Assembly (NCBI GenBank): GCA_964478545.1
Contig: CAYZIS010000013.1
Location: 3,747-67,746, forward strand
Source of the DNA: an uncultured Thermodesulfobacteriota bacterium
Lineage (GTDB): Bacteria; Desulfobacterota; Anaeroferrophillalia; Anaeroferrophillales; Anaeroferrophillaceae
DNA length: 64,000 nt
Direction: 5' to 3'
Of this stretch, positions 1-9,862 are shown in pieces. Numbering within the stretch: position 1 is the stretch's first letter; each line of letters opens with the position of its first letter. The position numbers were made by a program, and so were the translations under genes. Under the pieces are notes generated by a model. It was given only the letters and a program-made list of their open reading frames with translations. It did not search any database and had not been told where the DNA came from.

Positions 1-1067
1 GAACGTTCAATCATTGGTTCCATGACCCGGTCTATTTTCTGCAGACGTTCATGGACGAAAATATCATTTCCCACTTCGACAACCGTACGGCTGCCTCCTT
101 CTGATCCCAGCTCCCCGGTTTCAATTCCCGAAAAAGCTGAGATGGAACATTCACCGGTAATCTTGCCGGCACAGCGGATGGCCCCTCCGGCTATGAGGGT
201 GCTGTTTATGACATGCTTTTCGACCACGATGCTGCCTTTGGCTTGGCAACTTTCCAAGCCGGCAATATATTCCGATTTGATGTTTCCAAGCACAGTAATG
301 GAAGATTTATCGCTGCCGATGATGCCGGTGCCCACTACCAGATCGCCCTTGGCTTTAACGGTGCCGCCATCTATCAATTTATCAATGAAAACATCACTGT
401 TTGAAATGGCGGCAAAGCCGCTGAGTAGATTGCCGGTGACATGGATGGGACCTTGGTATTTAATATGGCCGGTATGGAGATCCACATTGCCATCAACCGT
501 AAACATGTTTTCTATGACCAGTTCACTACCCTGTAAATCAGCCTTTCCGTCAGCCTGGGCCAGGTAGCGTAAATGGCCTTCATCCGTGGTTTCCAACTTG
601 ATATTTTTTCCGGCATTGATTTTTTTTAATGGTTTAAAAGCTTCGGCCTCAGTGATTGTTCCATCAACTTTGAGGCCGGAAATTCCCTCTTTCCCGGGGA
701 TGATTTCCAGCAGCATGGTGCCGGATGTAATAAAATTTACCATTCCCCGGTCCCGGTAATTAATTTTTCCTGATTCAAGCACCTGTCCGATGGATTTTCT
801 GGTGGAAAACTTAAACAGGTAGTTGGACTGAATGGTTGGTGTGAATGGGGTTCCGTGGGCCACTATTCCTTTGATTGGCTGACCAGGATTAGCTTTTGCC
901 TGCTGACAGAAAACTTCAATGGCCTGGTCGTCAATGCCGGTAGTGACTTGCTGCTCCAGAAGGGCAGAGCGGATATCCTCGGCGGTGGGAGGTATTTCGC
1001 CGGCAGATTCAAGAATAATTTCAATGGATACTTTTAACCCATCATCGCTTGTCCGGACGTGAATCAT
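1..1067 (-). CDS. FapA/DUF342 family protein, 3'-truncated by the window edge (absent from the ORF track)
   Basis: Manual translation from ATG at 1067 (RBS GAGGA): MIHVRTSDDGLKVSIEII...GKINYRDRGMVNFITSG...FTVDGNVDLHTGHIKYQGPIHVTGNLLSGF. The frame stays open to position 3, and the motifs are typical of DUF342. Confidence 0.85.
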   Translation of the reverse strand, partial: MIHVRTSDDGLKVSIEIILESAGEIPPTAEDIRSALLEQQVTTGIDDQAIEVFCQQAKANPGQPIKGIVAHGTPFTPTIQSNYLFKFSTRKSIGQVLESGKINYRDRGMVNFITSGTMLLEIIPGKEGISGLKVDGTITEAEAFKPLKKINAGKNIKLETTDEGHLRYLAQADGKADLQGSELVIENMFTVDGNVDLHTGHIKYQGPIHVTGNLLSGFAAISNSDVFIDKLIDGGTVKAKGDLVVGTGIIGSDKSSITVLGNIKSEYIAGLESCQAKGSIVVEKHVINSTLIAGGAIRCAGKITGECSISAFSGIETGELGSEGGSRTVVEVGNDIFVHERLQKIDRVMEPMIER

Positions 1068-1101
1068 ATGATAAAATCCTCAGCAAAAGAATTATATTTC
1101 C

Positions 1102-1129
1102 CTATCGGCAGAATATCCCAGTCTCTTTA
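1102..1129 (-). promoter_or_regulatory. sigma-28 (FliA)-like promoter of fapA
   Basis: Minus strand reads TAAAG-N15-GCCGATAG, about 35 nt upstream of the ATG. Confidence 0.65.
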
Positions 1130-1165
1130 AAGGTTTATTTAATGGCTTTTCCTGAAGATAAAAAA

Positions 1166-1194
1166 TTGACATATTTGACTCGTTTTGCTATAAA
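1166..1194 (+). promoter_or_regulatory. sigma-70 promoter of the M23-secA-argJ unit
   Basis: TTGACA-N17-TATAAA with a TG extended -10. Confidence 0.65.
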
Positions 1195-1257
1195 ATACTT
1201 CGTAAAATTAACGATGTGTTAACTAGTTTCCATCCAGAAACTGATGTATCTGAGTGG

Positions 1258-1331
1258 GCTTTTGGCTGTCAGCTTAACTACTTGTTTTTTTTAAATATTT
1301 TACTGAAAGCTGATTGCTGATCGCTGAAAGC
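1258..1331. repeat. Inverted heptamer-repeat arms (GCTGANN)n
   Basis: Right arm actgaaa gctgatt gctgatc gctgaaa gc; complementary left arm gcttttggctgtcagct. Confidence 0.55.
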
Positions 1332-1357
1332 GTTCATCAAGAAATGAACATTTCCGG

Positions 1358-2314
1358 ATGAACACTAACTATAACCTGCTGGTTCCCATGAATAAAACCG
1401 AGAAATATACCTTGATCCTGTTGCGGGATGGCAATCATTATCCCCGGCGAGTAGCTATTTCCAGAAAATGGCTGCGGCGCCTCTTCCTGCTTTCTGTTCC
1501 ACCTGTTCTGGCTTTGTTTGTCGGGGCGGTGGTGTCGATATTTCTCTATGCCAGCAATTTAGCCAGTATTAATGGCTATGAAAAATTGGTGCAGCAGGAA
1601 GCGGAAATGAAGGCGCAGGTTGGTTTTTTTGCCAGCCGGATTGATGATCTTACTGACCAATTGACAGAGATTAAAGAGAACAATGAAAAAATTAAGGTTC
1701 TGGCTAACTTGAACGTGCATTCGGGAAGCAATGTCCGGCAGGGTCTCGGGGGTTCTGATCCTGCGGTTGCCGTATTGACGACGGACAGCCTGGATGCAGC
1801 CAGAAGCCGGGTCATTGAAAATATGCACCGGGATCTTCAGGCGCTGGAATTGCGGTTGGTTGATGAACAGCAGCAAAGTAATCTGCTCCAGGATTATCTG
1901 GAAGAGCAGAAGGCGGTACTTAACTTCACTCCTTCGATCCGACCAGTTCGAGGTTGGATCAGTTCCGGGTTTGGTTATCGACGTTCACCTTTTACCGGCA
2001 AGCGGGAATTTCACCGTGGGCTTGATATCGTTAATCGTAAAGGGAGTCCAGTAGTGGTGACTGCCGATGGTCGGGTCAAGTTTGCCGGTCATAATGGCGG
2101 TTATGGTAATCTGGTTGTGGTTGATCATGGTATGGGGGTGGAAACTAAGTATGGTCACTTGTATCGCATAGAGGTCAAGGTTGGCGATAAAGTCATCAGG
2201 GGACAGGAAATAGGTGCCCTGGGGAATACCGGGCGCAGCACCGGTCCCCATCTTCATTATGAGATTGTGGTAAGTAAGCATGCTGTGGATCCACATCAGT
2301 ATTTTATTGATTGA
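1358..2314 (+). CDS. M23 family metallopeptidase with N-terminal TM and coiled coil
   Basis: HRGLDI, GYGNLVVVDHG, STGPHLHYE motifs. Confidence 0.9.
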   Translation: MNTNYNLLVPMNKTEKYTLILLRDGNHYPRRVAISRKWLRRLFLLSVPPVLALFVGAVVSIFLYASNLASINGYEKLVQQEAEMKAQVGFFASRIDDLTDQLTEIKENNEKIKVLANLNVHSGSNVRQGLGGSDPAVAVLTTDSLDAARSRVIENMHRDLQALELRLVDEQQQSNLLQDYLEEQKAVLNFTPSIRPVRGWISSGFGYRRSPFTGKREFHRGLDIVNRKGSPVVVTADGRVKFAGHNGGYGNLVVVDHGMGVETKYGHLYRIEVKVGDKVIRGQEIGALGNTGRSTGPHLHYEIVVSKHAVDPHQYFID

Positions 2315-2507
2315 ATAATCTAAAACTGCAATCTTTATCCTTTTGATATCCTTCCTGGTTATCCTCAACATTGTCTCCAGATCCAGTTTTTAGACTTTTG
2401 CCGGTATCATACCCTGATAAAAGTTCTGAATTTTCACGATAACCTGGCATGTAAACAAAAAATATTATTGATTGTATGTATCATTTTCCCTTGAAGAGGA
2501 ATTTCAT

Positions 2508-5153
2508 ATGTTTGGAATCGTAAAAAAAGTTATTGGCAGCAAGAATGATCGGGAGTTGAAAAAGTTAAATCCCTTGATTCAACAGGTCAATCAGCTGGAA
2601 TCGGAGATTCAAAAACTTACCGATGAGCAATTGCGTGCAAAAACCGACATTTTCCGTCAACAGTTGCATGAGGGTAAATCTCTGGATGATCTTTTGCCGG
2701 AGACTTTTGCCGTTGTCCGAGAGGCTTCTATTCGAATCTTAAAAATGCGCCATTTTGATGTTCAGCTACTTGGTGGCATTGTTTTGCACCAGGGGAAAAT
2801 AGCTGAAATGAAAACTGGTGAGGGCAAAACCCTGATGGCAACCATGCCTATCTATCTCAATGCCCTTGAGGGCAAAGGTGCTCATGTAATAACAGTTAAT
2901 GATTATCTTGCCCGCCGCGATGCTGATTGGATGGGGACTATTTACCGGTTTTTAGGACTTTCTGTGGGGGTTATTCTGCATGGAATGGATGATCAGGAGC
3001 GTCAGCAAGCCTATGGCTGTGATGTGACCTATGGGACCAATAATGAGTTTGGTTTTGATTACCTCCGTGACAACATGAAATTTCAGTTGGAAGATTATGC
3101 CCAGCGGGAACTGAATTATGCCATTGTCGATGAGGTGGACAGCATTTTGGTTGATGAGGCTAGGACTCCTTTAATTATCTCCGGACCGACGGAAGATCGT
3201 ACGGACAAATATTATCTGATTGATAAAATTATACCACGGCTGGACAAGAAAACAGATTATGAGGTTGAGGAGAAAACCAAAACAGTTGTACTTAGCGACC
3301 AGGGGGTTGCCAGAATTGAGGAACTGCTGAAGATTACTAATCTTTTTGAACCATCCCAGATGGAAACCCTGCATCATGTTAATCAGGCCCTCAAGGCACA
3401 TGTTTTGTTTAAGCGGGATGTGGATTATGTGGTGAAAGACAATCAGGTGATGATTGTCGATGAATTTACTGGGCGTCTTATGCCTGGAAGGCGTTACAGC
3501 GAAGGTCTTCATCAGGCTTTAGAAGCTAAAGAAGGAGTGAAGATAGAAAGTGAAAACCAAACCCTGGCTTCAGTAACTTTCCAGAACTTTTTCCGGATGT
3601 ACAATAAACTTGCTGGGATGACCGGAACCGCAGATACGGAAGCAGTGGAGTTCAAACAGATTTACAATCTTGATGTCATGGTGATTCCTACTAATATGCC
3701 GATGATCAGGATTGATAATCCGGATGTGATTTATAAAACCAAAACGGAGAAATATCGGGCGGTGGTTAGGGAGATCATCGAGCGTCACCAAAATGGCCAG
3801 CCGATGTTGGTGGGAACCATTTCCATTGACGATTCCGAGAAACTGAGCCAGATGCTGACGAAGAAAGGTGTTCGCCATGAAGTCCTCAACGCCAAGTTCC
3901 ATGAGAAGGAAGCAGAAATTGTTGCCCAGGCAGGTCGAAAAGGTGCTTTGACTATCGCGACTAATATGGCCGGGCGGGGGACTGATATCGTTCTGGGTGG
4001 TAATGCTGAGATGCTGGCAAAGAAAAAAATAAAGGAGGATATGCCAGAAGTGGAGCGGGAACAGCTACTCAGCGAATTCCGGATCCAGTGTGAGCGTGAA
4101 CGGGAAGAAGTTCTGGCTGCGGGTGGACTGCATATCCTGGGAACGGAACGTCATGAAAGTCGGCGGATTGATAATCAGCTTCGTGGTCGTTCTGGTCGCC
4201 AGGGGGACCCTGGTTCTACCCGTTTCTACCTGGCTTTAGATGATGATCTGATGCGTATTTTTGGTTCCGAGCGAATTTCAAAGGTCATGGATACCCTGGG
4301 TATTGAGGAAGATGAGCCGATCGAACATGGGATGATTTCCAAGGCCATTGAAAATGCCCAGCGTCGGGTTGAGGGCCACAACTTTGATATTCGGAAACAG
4401 CTGCTGGAATACGATGATGTCATGAATAAGCAGCGGGAAACCATTTATGCTTTGCGACGGGATATTCTCGGCCAGGATAATCTTCATGAACTGGTGCTGG
4501 AATATATGGATGAAGTGGCAACCAATTTTATCGAGACATTGGTAGCTGAAAAAGATCCTTTGTCAGGATGGGACCATGAAGCGCTGAACGCCGGATTCAG
4601 CCAGTATTTTGGTCTTACGATTGATTTTGCTGCTGATCCAATGATCAAGGAGCTTGCGAATAAAGATTCTTTTATTGAACTTTTTTCCCAGCGCTTGCAT
4701 CGCTATTATGAACAGCGAGAACAGGAAATTGGCGTTGAGACCATGCGCCAGCTGGAAAAGATCGTTTTGCTGCATACTTTGGATACATTGTGGAAGGAGC
4801 ACCTCTATAGCATTGATCAGTTGAAGGAAGGTATTGGCCTGCGAGGTTATGGTCAGAAGGACCCGTTGCGGGAATACCAGCGTGAAGGTTTTGACATGTT
4901 TGTTGATATGCTGGTTCGGGTGAAAGAGGATGCGGTTACCCAGCTTTGTCATATCCGGGTGACCCGGGATGAAGAGGTGGCAGAGCTTGATCGCCAGACA
5001 AGGAAAAACACGGATATGGTATTGAGCCGTGGTAAAGGAGTTGGTGAGTCGGGCAAAAAACAGCCGGTAAAAAATAAGGAGAAGAAAGTCGGTCGCAACG
5101 ATCCCTGTCCCTGTGGCAGTGGAAAAAAATATAAGCGCTGCTGTGGCCGCTGA
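2508..5153 (+). CDS. secA: Preprotein translocase subunit SecA
   Basis: [29 protein letters not shown]-terminal [18 protein letters not shown]; start moved to ATG 2508 (RBS GAGGA). Confidence 0.99.
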   Translation: MFGIVKKVIGSKNDRELKKLNPLIQQVNQLESEIQKLTDEQLRAKTDIFRQQLHEGKSLDDLLPETFAVVREASIRILKMRHFDVQLLGGIVLHQGKIAEMKTGEGKTLMATMPIYLNALEGKGAHVITVNDYLARRDADWMGTIYRFLGLSVGVILHGMDDQERQQAYGCDVTYGTNNEFGFDYLRDNMKFQLEDYAQRELNYAIVDEVDSILVDEARTPLIISGPTEDRTDKYYLIDKIIPRLDKKTDYEVEEKTKTVVLSDQGVARIEELLKITNLFEPSQMETLHHVNQALKAHVLFKRDVDYVVKDNQVMIVDEFTGRLMPGRRYSEGLHQALEAKEGVKIESENQTLASVTFQNFFRMYNKLAGMTGTADTEAVEFKQIYNLDVMVIPTNMPMIRIDNPDVIYKTKTEKYRAVVREIIERHQNGQPMLVGTISIDDSEKLSQMLTKKGVRHEVLNAKFHEKEAEIVAQAGRKGALTIATNMAGRGTDIVLGGNAEMLAKKKIKEDMPEVEREQLLSEFRIQCEREREEVLAAGGLHILGTERHESRRIDNQLRGRSGRQGDPGSTRFYLALDDDLMRIFGSERISKVMDTLGIEEDEPIEHGMISKAIENAQRRVEGHNFDIRKQLLEYDDVMNKQRETIYALRRDILGQDNLHELVLEYMDEVATNFIETLVAEKDPLSGWDHEALNAGFSQYFGLTIDFAADPMIKELANKDSFIELFSQRLHRYYEQREQEIGVETMRQLEKIVLLHTLDTLWKEHLYSIDQLKEGIGLRGYGQKDPLREYQREGFDMFVDMLVRVKEDAVTQLCHIRVTRDEEVAELDRQTRKNTDMVLSRGKGVGESGKKQPVKNKEKKVGRNDPCPCGSGKKYKRCCGR

Positions 5154-5168
5154 TAAAGATATCTGGTA

Positions 5169-5216
5169 TAAGGTGTACGGTTTAAGGTGTACGGTTTAAG
5201 GTGTACGGTTTAAGGT
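5169..5216 (+). repeat. 14-bp tandem repeat TAAGGTGTACGGTT x3.4
   Basis: Exact copies at 5169, 5183 and 5197, plus a partial copy at 5211. Confidence 0.95.
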
Positions 5217-5272
5217 ATGAGCTAAGGTCTTTGCATATAGACATTTCTGAGGAGAAAAGGGAAAAAACGGTT

Positions 5273-6451
5273 ATGGGCTGTCCTGGTTATCGTTTCGCCG
5301 TCCTTCACTGCGGCCTGAAAAAAGGAGATCAACTCGATCTGGCCCTCATTGTTTCTGAAAAGCCGGCGGTTGCGGCGGCGGTTTTTACCACCAATAAATT
5401 TCCGGCGGCCCCGGTCATCTATGGCCGACGGCAGCTTGCTGTTGCGATGCCAATCAGTGCGGTGCTGGTGAACAGTGGTAATGCCAATGCCTGTACCGGT
5501 GATCAGGGGGTGGCTGATGTCAAACAGTTGGCCAAAGAACTTTCGTCTGTCCTCTCTGTTCCTGAAGAACAGATTTTTATCTCTTCCACCGGCGTGATCG
5601 GTGAACCCCTGCCGGTGGATATGATTGCTGCCTCTCTTCCGCGTTTCCCCGACCTTCTTTCAGCTTCCGGGCTGCCGGCTGCAGCTACGGCCATCATGAC
5701 CACAGATTCACAATCTAAAACCTGCTCGGTTTCGCTGCAACTTTCAACCGGCGTTGTGCATCTTTGCGGATTTGCCAAAGGTGCCGGGATGATAGAACCC
5801 AATATGGCAACCATGCTGGCCTATCTGCTGACAGATGCTGCCATTGACTGCAGCAGGCTGCAGGAAATTTTGAAGAGAGTGGTGGATAAAACCTTTAATC
5901 GGATCAGTGTGGATGGGGATACCAGTACGAACGATACGGTTCTGCTCCTTGCTAACGGCGTCTCTGGTTGTTCCCTGGCATGCGATGCGGATGCAAAGGT
6001 TTTTGAAGCCGGTTTGTACCAGGTTGCCGATGAGCTTTCCCGGATGATCGTTAAAGATGGTGAAGGGGCGACCAAAATGGTGGAAATCCTGGTCAAGAAT
6101 GCTCCTGATCGCCAGGCTGCGGAAAAGATCAGTCGAACCATTGCCCATTCCCTGCTGGTGAAAACCGCTTTTTATGGAGAGGATGCCAACTGGGGGAGGA
6201 TTATCGCGGCTTTAGGGTATGCCGGTGTGGATCTGGATCCTGGGCGGGTGGATATCTGGCTTGACCGGATTCAAGTGGTAGCCGATGGCCAAAGGTGTCC
6301 TGACTACAGGGAAGCTGATGGTGCCAGGGTATTCCGGCAGGATAGCTTTACCATTACCATTGATCTGCATGCCGGAGATGGTAGTTTTTCCCTGCTGACG
6401 ACCGACCTTTCCCATGAGTATGTTTCCATCAATGCCGATTACCGGACTTGA
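5273..6451 (+). CDS. argJ: Glutamate N-acetyltransferase / ornithine acetyltransferase ArgJ
   Basis: NSGNANACTG, STGVIG, AKGAGMIEPNMATML, DGDTSTNDT, DGEGATK, INADYRT. Confidence 0.97.
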   Translation: MGCPGYRFAVLHCGLKKGDQLDLALIVSEKPAVAAAVFTTNKFPAAPVIYGRRQLAVAMPISAVLVNSGNANACTGDQGVADVKQLAKELSSVLSVPEEQIFISSTGVIGEPLPVDMIAASLPRFPDLLSASGLPAAATAIMTTDSQSKTCSVSLQLSTGVVHLCGFAKGAGMIEPNMATMLAYLLTDAAIDCSRLQEILKRVVDKTFNRISVDGDTSTNDTVLLLANGVSGCSLACDADAKVFEAGLYQVADELSRMIVKDGEGATKMVEILVKNAPDRQAAEKISRTIAHSLLVKTAFYGEDANWGRIIAALGYAGVDLDPGRVDIWLDRIQVVADGQRCPDYREADGARVFRQDSFTITIDLHAGDGSFSLLTTDLSHEYVSINADYRT

Positions 6452-6762
6452 AGTTACTTTGAAAATGGCCTTTTTGCCCGATTATGGTGTTGGTCTTACA
6501 TTTTAATCCTCCCGTACCTGTCACCCCGGCCATTCTGTCTGCCAAGCTCACGGCGGCGAACAAAGATTTTTTATGCTTGCCAGGGGGGAATATGAAAATA
6601 TTCGTCAAAAAGGGTAGAAAAGTATCCGATTTGGGCATATTTTTACCACTTTTTAACGTTTTCTGAAGTTGTATACAATTTTTTTAAAAAAGGGGATATC
6701 TTAGAATTCAGAAGTTGCTGTTTTTGCTGTCTATTTTAATAACCGTATATTTTATAGTTGTA

Positions 6763-6778
6763 TGGTGTGAATATTGCT
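6763..6778 (+). promoter_or_regulatory. sigma-54 -24/-12 promoter candidate for the PEP-CTERM gene
   Basis: TGGTGT-GAATA-TTGCT with correct GG to GC spacing, about 80 nt upstream of the ATG. Confidence 0.5.
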
Positions 6779-6858
6779 AGTGTAGTCATACATAGTGTTA
6801 TTCAGGAAAAAATAGTGGAAGTAATTTACCTAATTCAACGAAAAAGGAGGGAAAGTAA

Positions 6859-7524
6859 ATGAAGAAAGTATTAACAGCGATAGTAGTAGGCCTGACCCTG
6901 TTATGCGTGACGGGCCTGGCCCAGGCGAGCTTGACCACCATCGGCACAGCCACCTATGGCGGCTTGGATTACAACCTGATCTGGGACAAGGACAACAACG
7001 GCAACTCCATAGTCTGGCTGGATTATACTAATGACGCAATTAACTGGTACAGTCAGAAAGCCTGGGCCGCCGGGCTTGACTCGTCTATAACCTACAATAT
7101 CGATCCGGGCTGCTTTACCGTTGCCTGGGATGATGCTGCCTGGCGGCTGCCAAGCACCGGATCGTCTAATGCGGGCTACGACCAAACCACCTCTGAGATG
7201 GGTGATCTGTTTTACAATGATCTGGGATTAAGTGGGAGTTCTACTACTACTACTACTGCCGAACAATTAAACGCCACCAATTTTGACAATTTAATTGCGG
7301 GCCAGTACTGGTCCGGCACGGAGTATAGTTCGAACTCCGGCTGGGTCTTCATCATGAAAAACGGCTACCAGGGCGGTGACCCCAAGGACAACAGCCACTG
7401 CGGGTTGGCTGTTCGCGGCGGACAAGTTTCAGCGGTTCCCGTTCCCGGGGCCATCTGGTTGCTTGGCTCAGGGCTTCTTGGTCTGTTGGGCATTCGCAGG
7501 CGGAGAAAAGGGATGCGTGTATGA
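6859..7524 (+). CDS. DUF1566 (Lcl C-terminal, CLec-fold) protein with VPLPA/PEP-CTERM sorting signal
   Basis: Signal peptide ending AQA; YWSGTEY...W.F...G.Q....K.....LAVRGG; C-terminal VPVPGAIWLLGSGLLGLLGIRRRRK. Confidence 0.88.
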   Translation: MKKVLTAIVVGLTLLCVTGLAQASLTTIGTATYGGLDYNLIWDKDNNGNSIVWLDYTNDAINWYSQKAWAAGLDSSITYNIDPGCFTVAWDDAAWRLPSTGSSNAGYDQTTSEMGDLFYNDLGLSGSSTTTTTAEQLNATNFDNLIAGQYWSGTEYSSNSGWVFIMKNGYQGGDPKDNSHCGLAVRGGQVSAVPVPGAIWLLGSGLLGLLGIRRRRKGMRV

Positions 7525-7544
7525 TTATTTGGTTATTGGGGGGT

Positions 7545-7570
7545 GCGGGGGGCTTTTGCCCCTTGTCCGC
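7545..7570. other. GC-rich hairpin downstream of the DUF1566 gene
   Basis: GCGG-GGGGC-TTTT-GCCCC-TTGT-CCGC. Confidence 0.5.
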
Positions 7571-7618
7571 CGCAAATTTTTTGTAACTATTAGGTTAACA
7601 ACGAAAATAAAATAACGC

Positions 7619-7690
7619 TCACAGAGGCTCAGAGACACAGAGAAAAGCAAACTTCTTTTCCGCGTCTCTGAGTCTCTGGTGCCTCCGTGA
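7619..7690. repeat. About 72-nt imperfect palindrome built from 8-9-nt CAGAGAC units
   Basis: Left arm tcacagaggctcagagacacagagaaaag; right arm reverse complement tcacggaggcaccagagactcagagacgcggaaaag. Confidence 0.75.
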
Positions 7691-7695
7691 GAAAA

Positions 7696-8028
7696 TGCTT
7701 CGCCAGGGGTCACATCGTGACAAAGGCTATTGAAAATCACCAATAAAAGAAAATATCACGATACGCCTTTTCGCAACTCATGAAATAGATCGGTGGCTGT
7801 TCCTGAATTTCACCGAATTTCCTACTCAATTTCCCCTATTTTTTTTGATACCTGATTACCTTTTGTTTGCCTTTGATAATTTTAATCGGTAAATATTCGG
7901 CTACGTAAAAAAACACTATCTTACAGCGGGTAATTAAGTTGGTTCGCTTCGCCCTGCTTCGCCAGGGGTCACATCGTGACAAAGGCTATTGAAAATCACC
8001 AATAAAAGAAAATATCACGATACGCCTT
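7696..8028 (+). repeat. Perfect 74-bp direct repeat (7696-7769 and 7955-8028)
   Basis: TGCTTCGCCAGGGGTCACATCGTGAC...ATCACGATACGCCTT is identical in both copies. Confidence 0.95.
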
Positions 8029-8098
8029 CGTCAAGAAATGACCCCAATCCCGGTAGTTTGAAAACAATACCGAATATTTACTTCAATCGAGTTTGACC

Positions 8099-8128
8099 CT
8101 ATTGGTTTCTATTGGTTTCTATTGGTTT
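8099..8128 (+). repeat. 10-bp tandem repeat CTATTGGTTT x3
   Basis: Read directly from the sequence. Confidence 0.9.
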
Positions 8129-8225
8129 GTGTTTTCCCCCAGGAAAGATGCTGGGTAGCATGAAAAGCATTGATTCCGAAACGGATGGATTTTACTTCTT
8201 GTTTTTTTCCGTAATATGATCTAGA

Positions 8226-8250
8226 TATTCAATGTAAATACAAATGAATA
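8226..8250. promoter_or_regulatory. Putative antitoxin operator palindrome
   Basis: TATTCA-A-TGTA-AA-TACA-AA-TGAATA, 20 nt upstream of the antitoxin ATG. Confidence 0.5.
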
Positions 8251-8270
8251 TTGTAGAAAAGGAGGGGTAT

Positions 8271-8510
8271 ATGAAGGCAACAACAATCCGCATGGAAGAA
8301 ATGATGCTTGCACGAGTCGATTCCATGGCGAAAAATATTAACCGGTCACGAACTTGGCTTATCAATCAAGCTGTCGAGCGTTTTTTAAACTATGAGGAGT
8401 GGTTTATACAGGAAGTGAGAGCTGGGCTCGATGAAGTAGCAAATGGTGAAACTGCTACCCCTGAAGAGGTAGTAAAAGGTTTTGCCAAATGGGGTGTGCA
8501 TGCAGATTAG
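8271..8510 (+). CDS. CopG/ribbon-helix-helix antitoxin
   Basis: MKATTIRMEEMMLARVDSMAKNINRSRTWLINQAVERFL; overlaps the toxin gene; RBS GGAGG. Confidence 0.85.
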   Translation: MKATTIRMEEMMLARVDSMAKNINRSRTWLINQAVERFLNYEEWFIQEVRAGLDEVANGETATPEEVVKGFAKWGVHAD

Positions 8511-8781
8511 GTGGACAAAGAAAGCCCTTAACAATCTGGATGCTGCCGTTAAGTATATCGCTAAAGAGAGTCCGACGAATGCTCAAATGGTTGCTCAAAA
8601 AATTTGGAACTCAATGCAACTTTTAACAACTCAGCCAGGTCTCGGTCGGCCCGGTCGAATTGATGGAACCAGGGAGTTAATTATCGGTGGGTTACCATAC
8701 ATTGTTCCCTACCTTGAACAAGAAGGTGTAATTGTTATTTTGCGAATCATGCACACTTCAATGAAATGGCCGGAGAGTTAG
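8500..8781 (+). CDS. RelE/ParE family toxin
   Basis: MQIRWTKKALNNLD...GRPGRIDGTRELIIGGLPYIVPY...ILRIMHT. Confidence 0.9.
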   Translation: MQIRWTKKALNNLDAAVKYIAKESPTNAQMVAQKIWNSMQLLTTQPGLGRPGRIDGTRELIIGGLPYIVPYLEQEGVIVILRIMHTSMKWPES

Positions 8782-8845
8782 TCAATAAAAAGATATTATC
8801 TTCCCGTGAGCAGGCTGAAGGCGCTTTTTACGAGAACATCATCTC

Positions 8846-9862
8846 TCACTTCCCTGCTTTTCCCCTCCTCTTTTGAAAGCGGTTAACTGCTTGATTGTGT
8901 TCCCTCAGGGTAGATGAGAAGTGATGGCTGCCGTCGTTGCGGGAGACAAAGTAGAGATAATTAACCTTAGCCGGGAAATTAACCGCCCGCAGAGCACTGG
9001 CCCCCGGATTGCAGATGGGTCCTGGTGGCAGTCCCCGGTGTCGATAGGTGTTGTAAGGTGAGGAATCCCTCAAATCTTTTCTCCGTAGATTGCCGTCAAA
9101 TTTCTCCCCCAGTCCGTAGATAACCGTAGGATCACACTCCAGTCGCATACCTTTGCGTAGCCGGTTGAAGATCACTGCGGCGATGAGCGGCATTTCCTCC
9201 TCATTGCCAGTCTCTTTCTGGACGATTGAAGCCAGGGTAACCAATTCATGACGGCTGTAGGATGATGGCTTAATGACCCCATCCGAGATCATTTGATACT
9301 GGTCAGTAAAAGTTTTGAGCATGAGAGACAGCAACTGCCAGCAGCGGGTGTTTCTGGTGTAATGGTAGGTGCTGGGGAACAGGTAGCCTTCGCAATTGGA
9401 TGCCTTGATTCCCCATTTCTGGATGAATTTCAAGTCGATAATCAGTTGATTGAATTCATTTTTTTCACAGGTATCAGCCAGCAGATCGCCAATTTCCCTC
9501 ATCGTAAAGCCTTCCGGAATGGTGATCTGGTAGGTTTTTACCCGGCCGGCAGTCAGTTGTTCGATGATGTTAGATGGAGTTTCCCCGGGTTGAAATTCAT
9601 ATTCTCCGGCTTGAATCCGGTTGCTCAGACCACGAATCCGGGCAGTAAGGGAAAATTTCCTGGAGGAAGAAACAAGACCTCTTTTCTCAAGATCTCGGCT
9701 GACTTTTTGTAGTGAATCTCCAGGCTTAACCTGAAAAACCGTGGTTTCCCGGACACATGGTCGCTGAGCGAATCGATAAAGTTCGATGCTTGCGACTGCC
9801 ATGGCCAGGATAATGGCCATGATAGCGAGAAGAATAAATTTCCTGGCTGTAGAGTTTTTCAT
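8846..9862 (-). CDS. mltG: Endolytic transglycosylase MltG
   Basis: ITIPEG, EGYLFPSTY, LASIVQKE, LECDPTVIY, SPYNTY, GLPPGPICNPG. Confidence 0.96.
   Translation of the reverse strand: MKNSTARKFILLAIMAIILAMAVASIELYRFAQRPCVRETTVFQVKPGDSLQKVSRDLEKRGLVSSSRKFSLTARIRGLSNRIQAGEYEFQPGETPSNIIEQLTAGRVKTYQITIPEGFTMREIGDLLADTCEKNEFNQLIIDLKFIQKWGIKASNCEGYLFPSTYHYTRNTRCWQLLSLMLKTFTDQYQMISDGVIKPSSYSRHELVTLASIVQKETGNEEEMPLIAAVIFNRLRKGMRLECDPTVIYGLGEKFDGNLRRKDLRDSSPYNTYRHRGLPPGPICNPGASALRAVNFPAKVNYLYFVSRNDGSHHFSSTLREHNQAVNRFQKRRGKAGK

Noticed and set aside
22-567. Plus-strand ORFs 22-567, 213-404 and 855-1037
   Set aside because: They are antisense shadows of the minus-strand FapA-family gene that runs off the window edge.
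2445-2462. sigma-54 site upstream of secA (CTGGCATGTAAAC)
   Set aside because: It has a -24-like element but lacks TTGC at -12.
5201-5272. N-terminal extension of ArgJ in the ORF track
   Set aside because: It starts inside the 14-bp tandem repeat; ArgJ similarity begins at about ATG 5273.
7696-8028. 74-bp direct repeats as a CRISPR array
   Set aside because: Only two copies, repeat too long, 185-bp spacer, and no cas genes.
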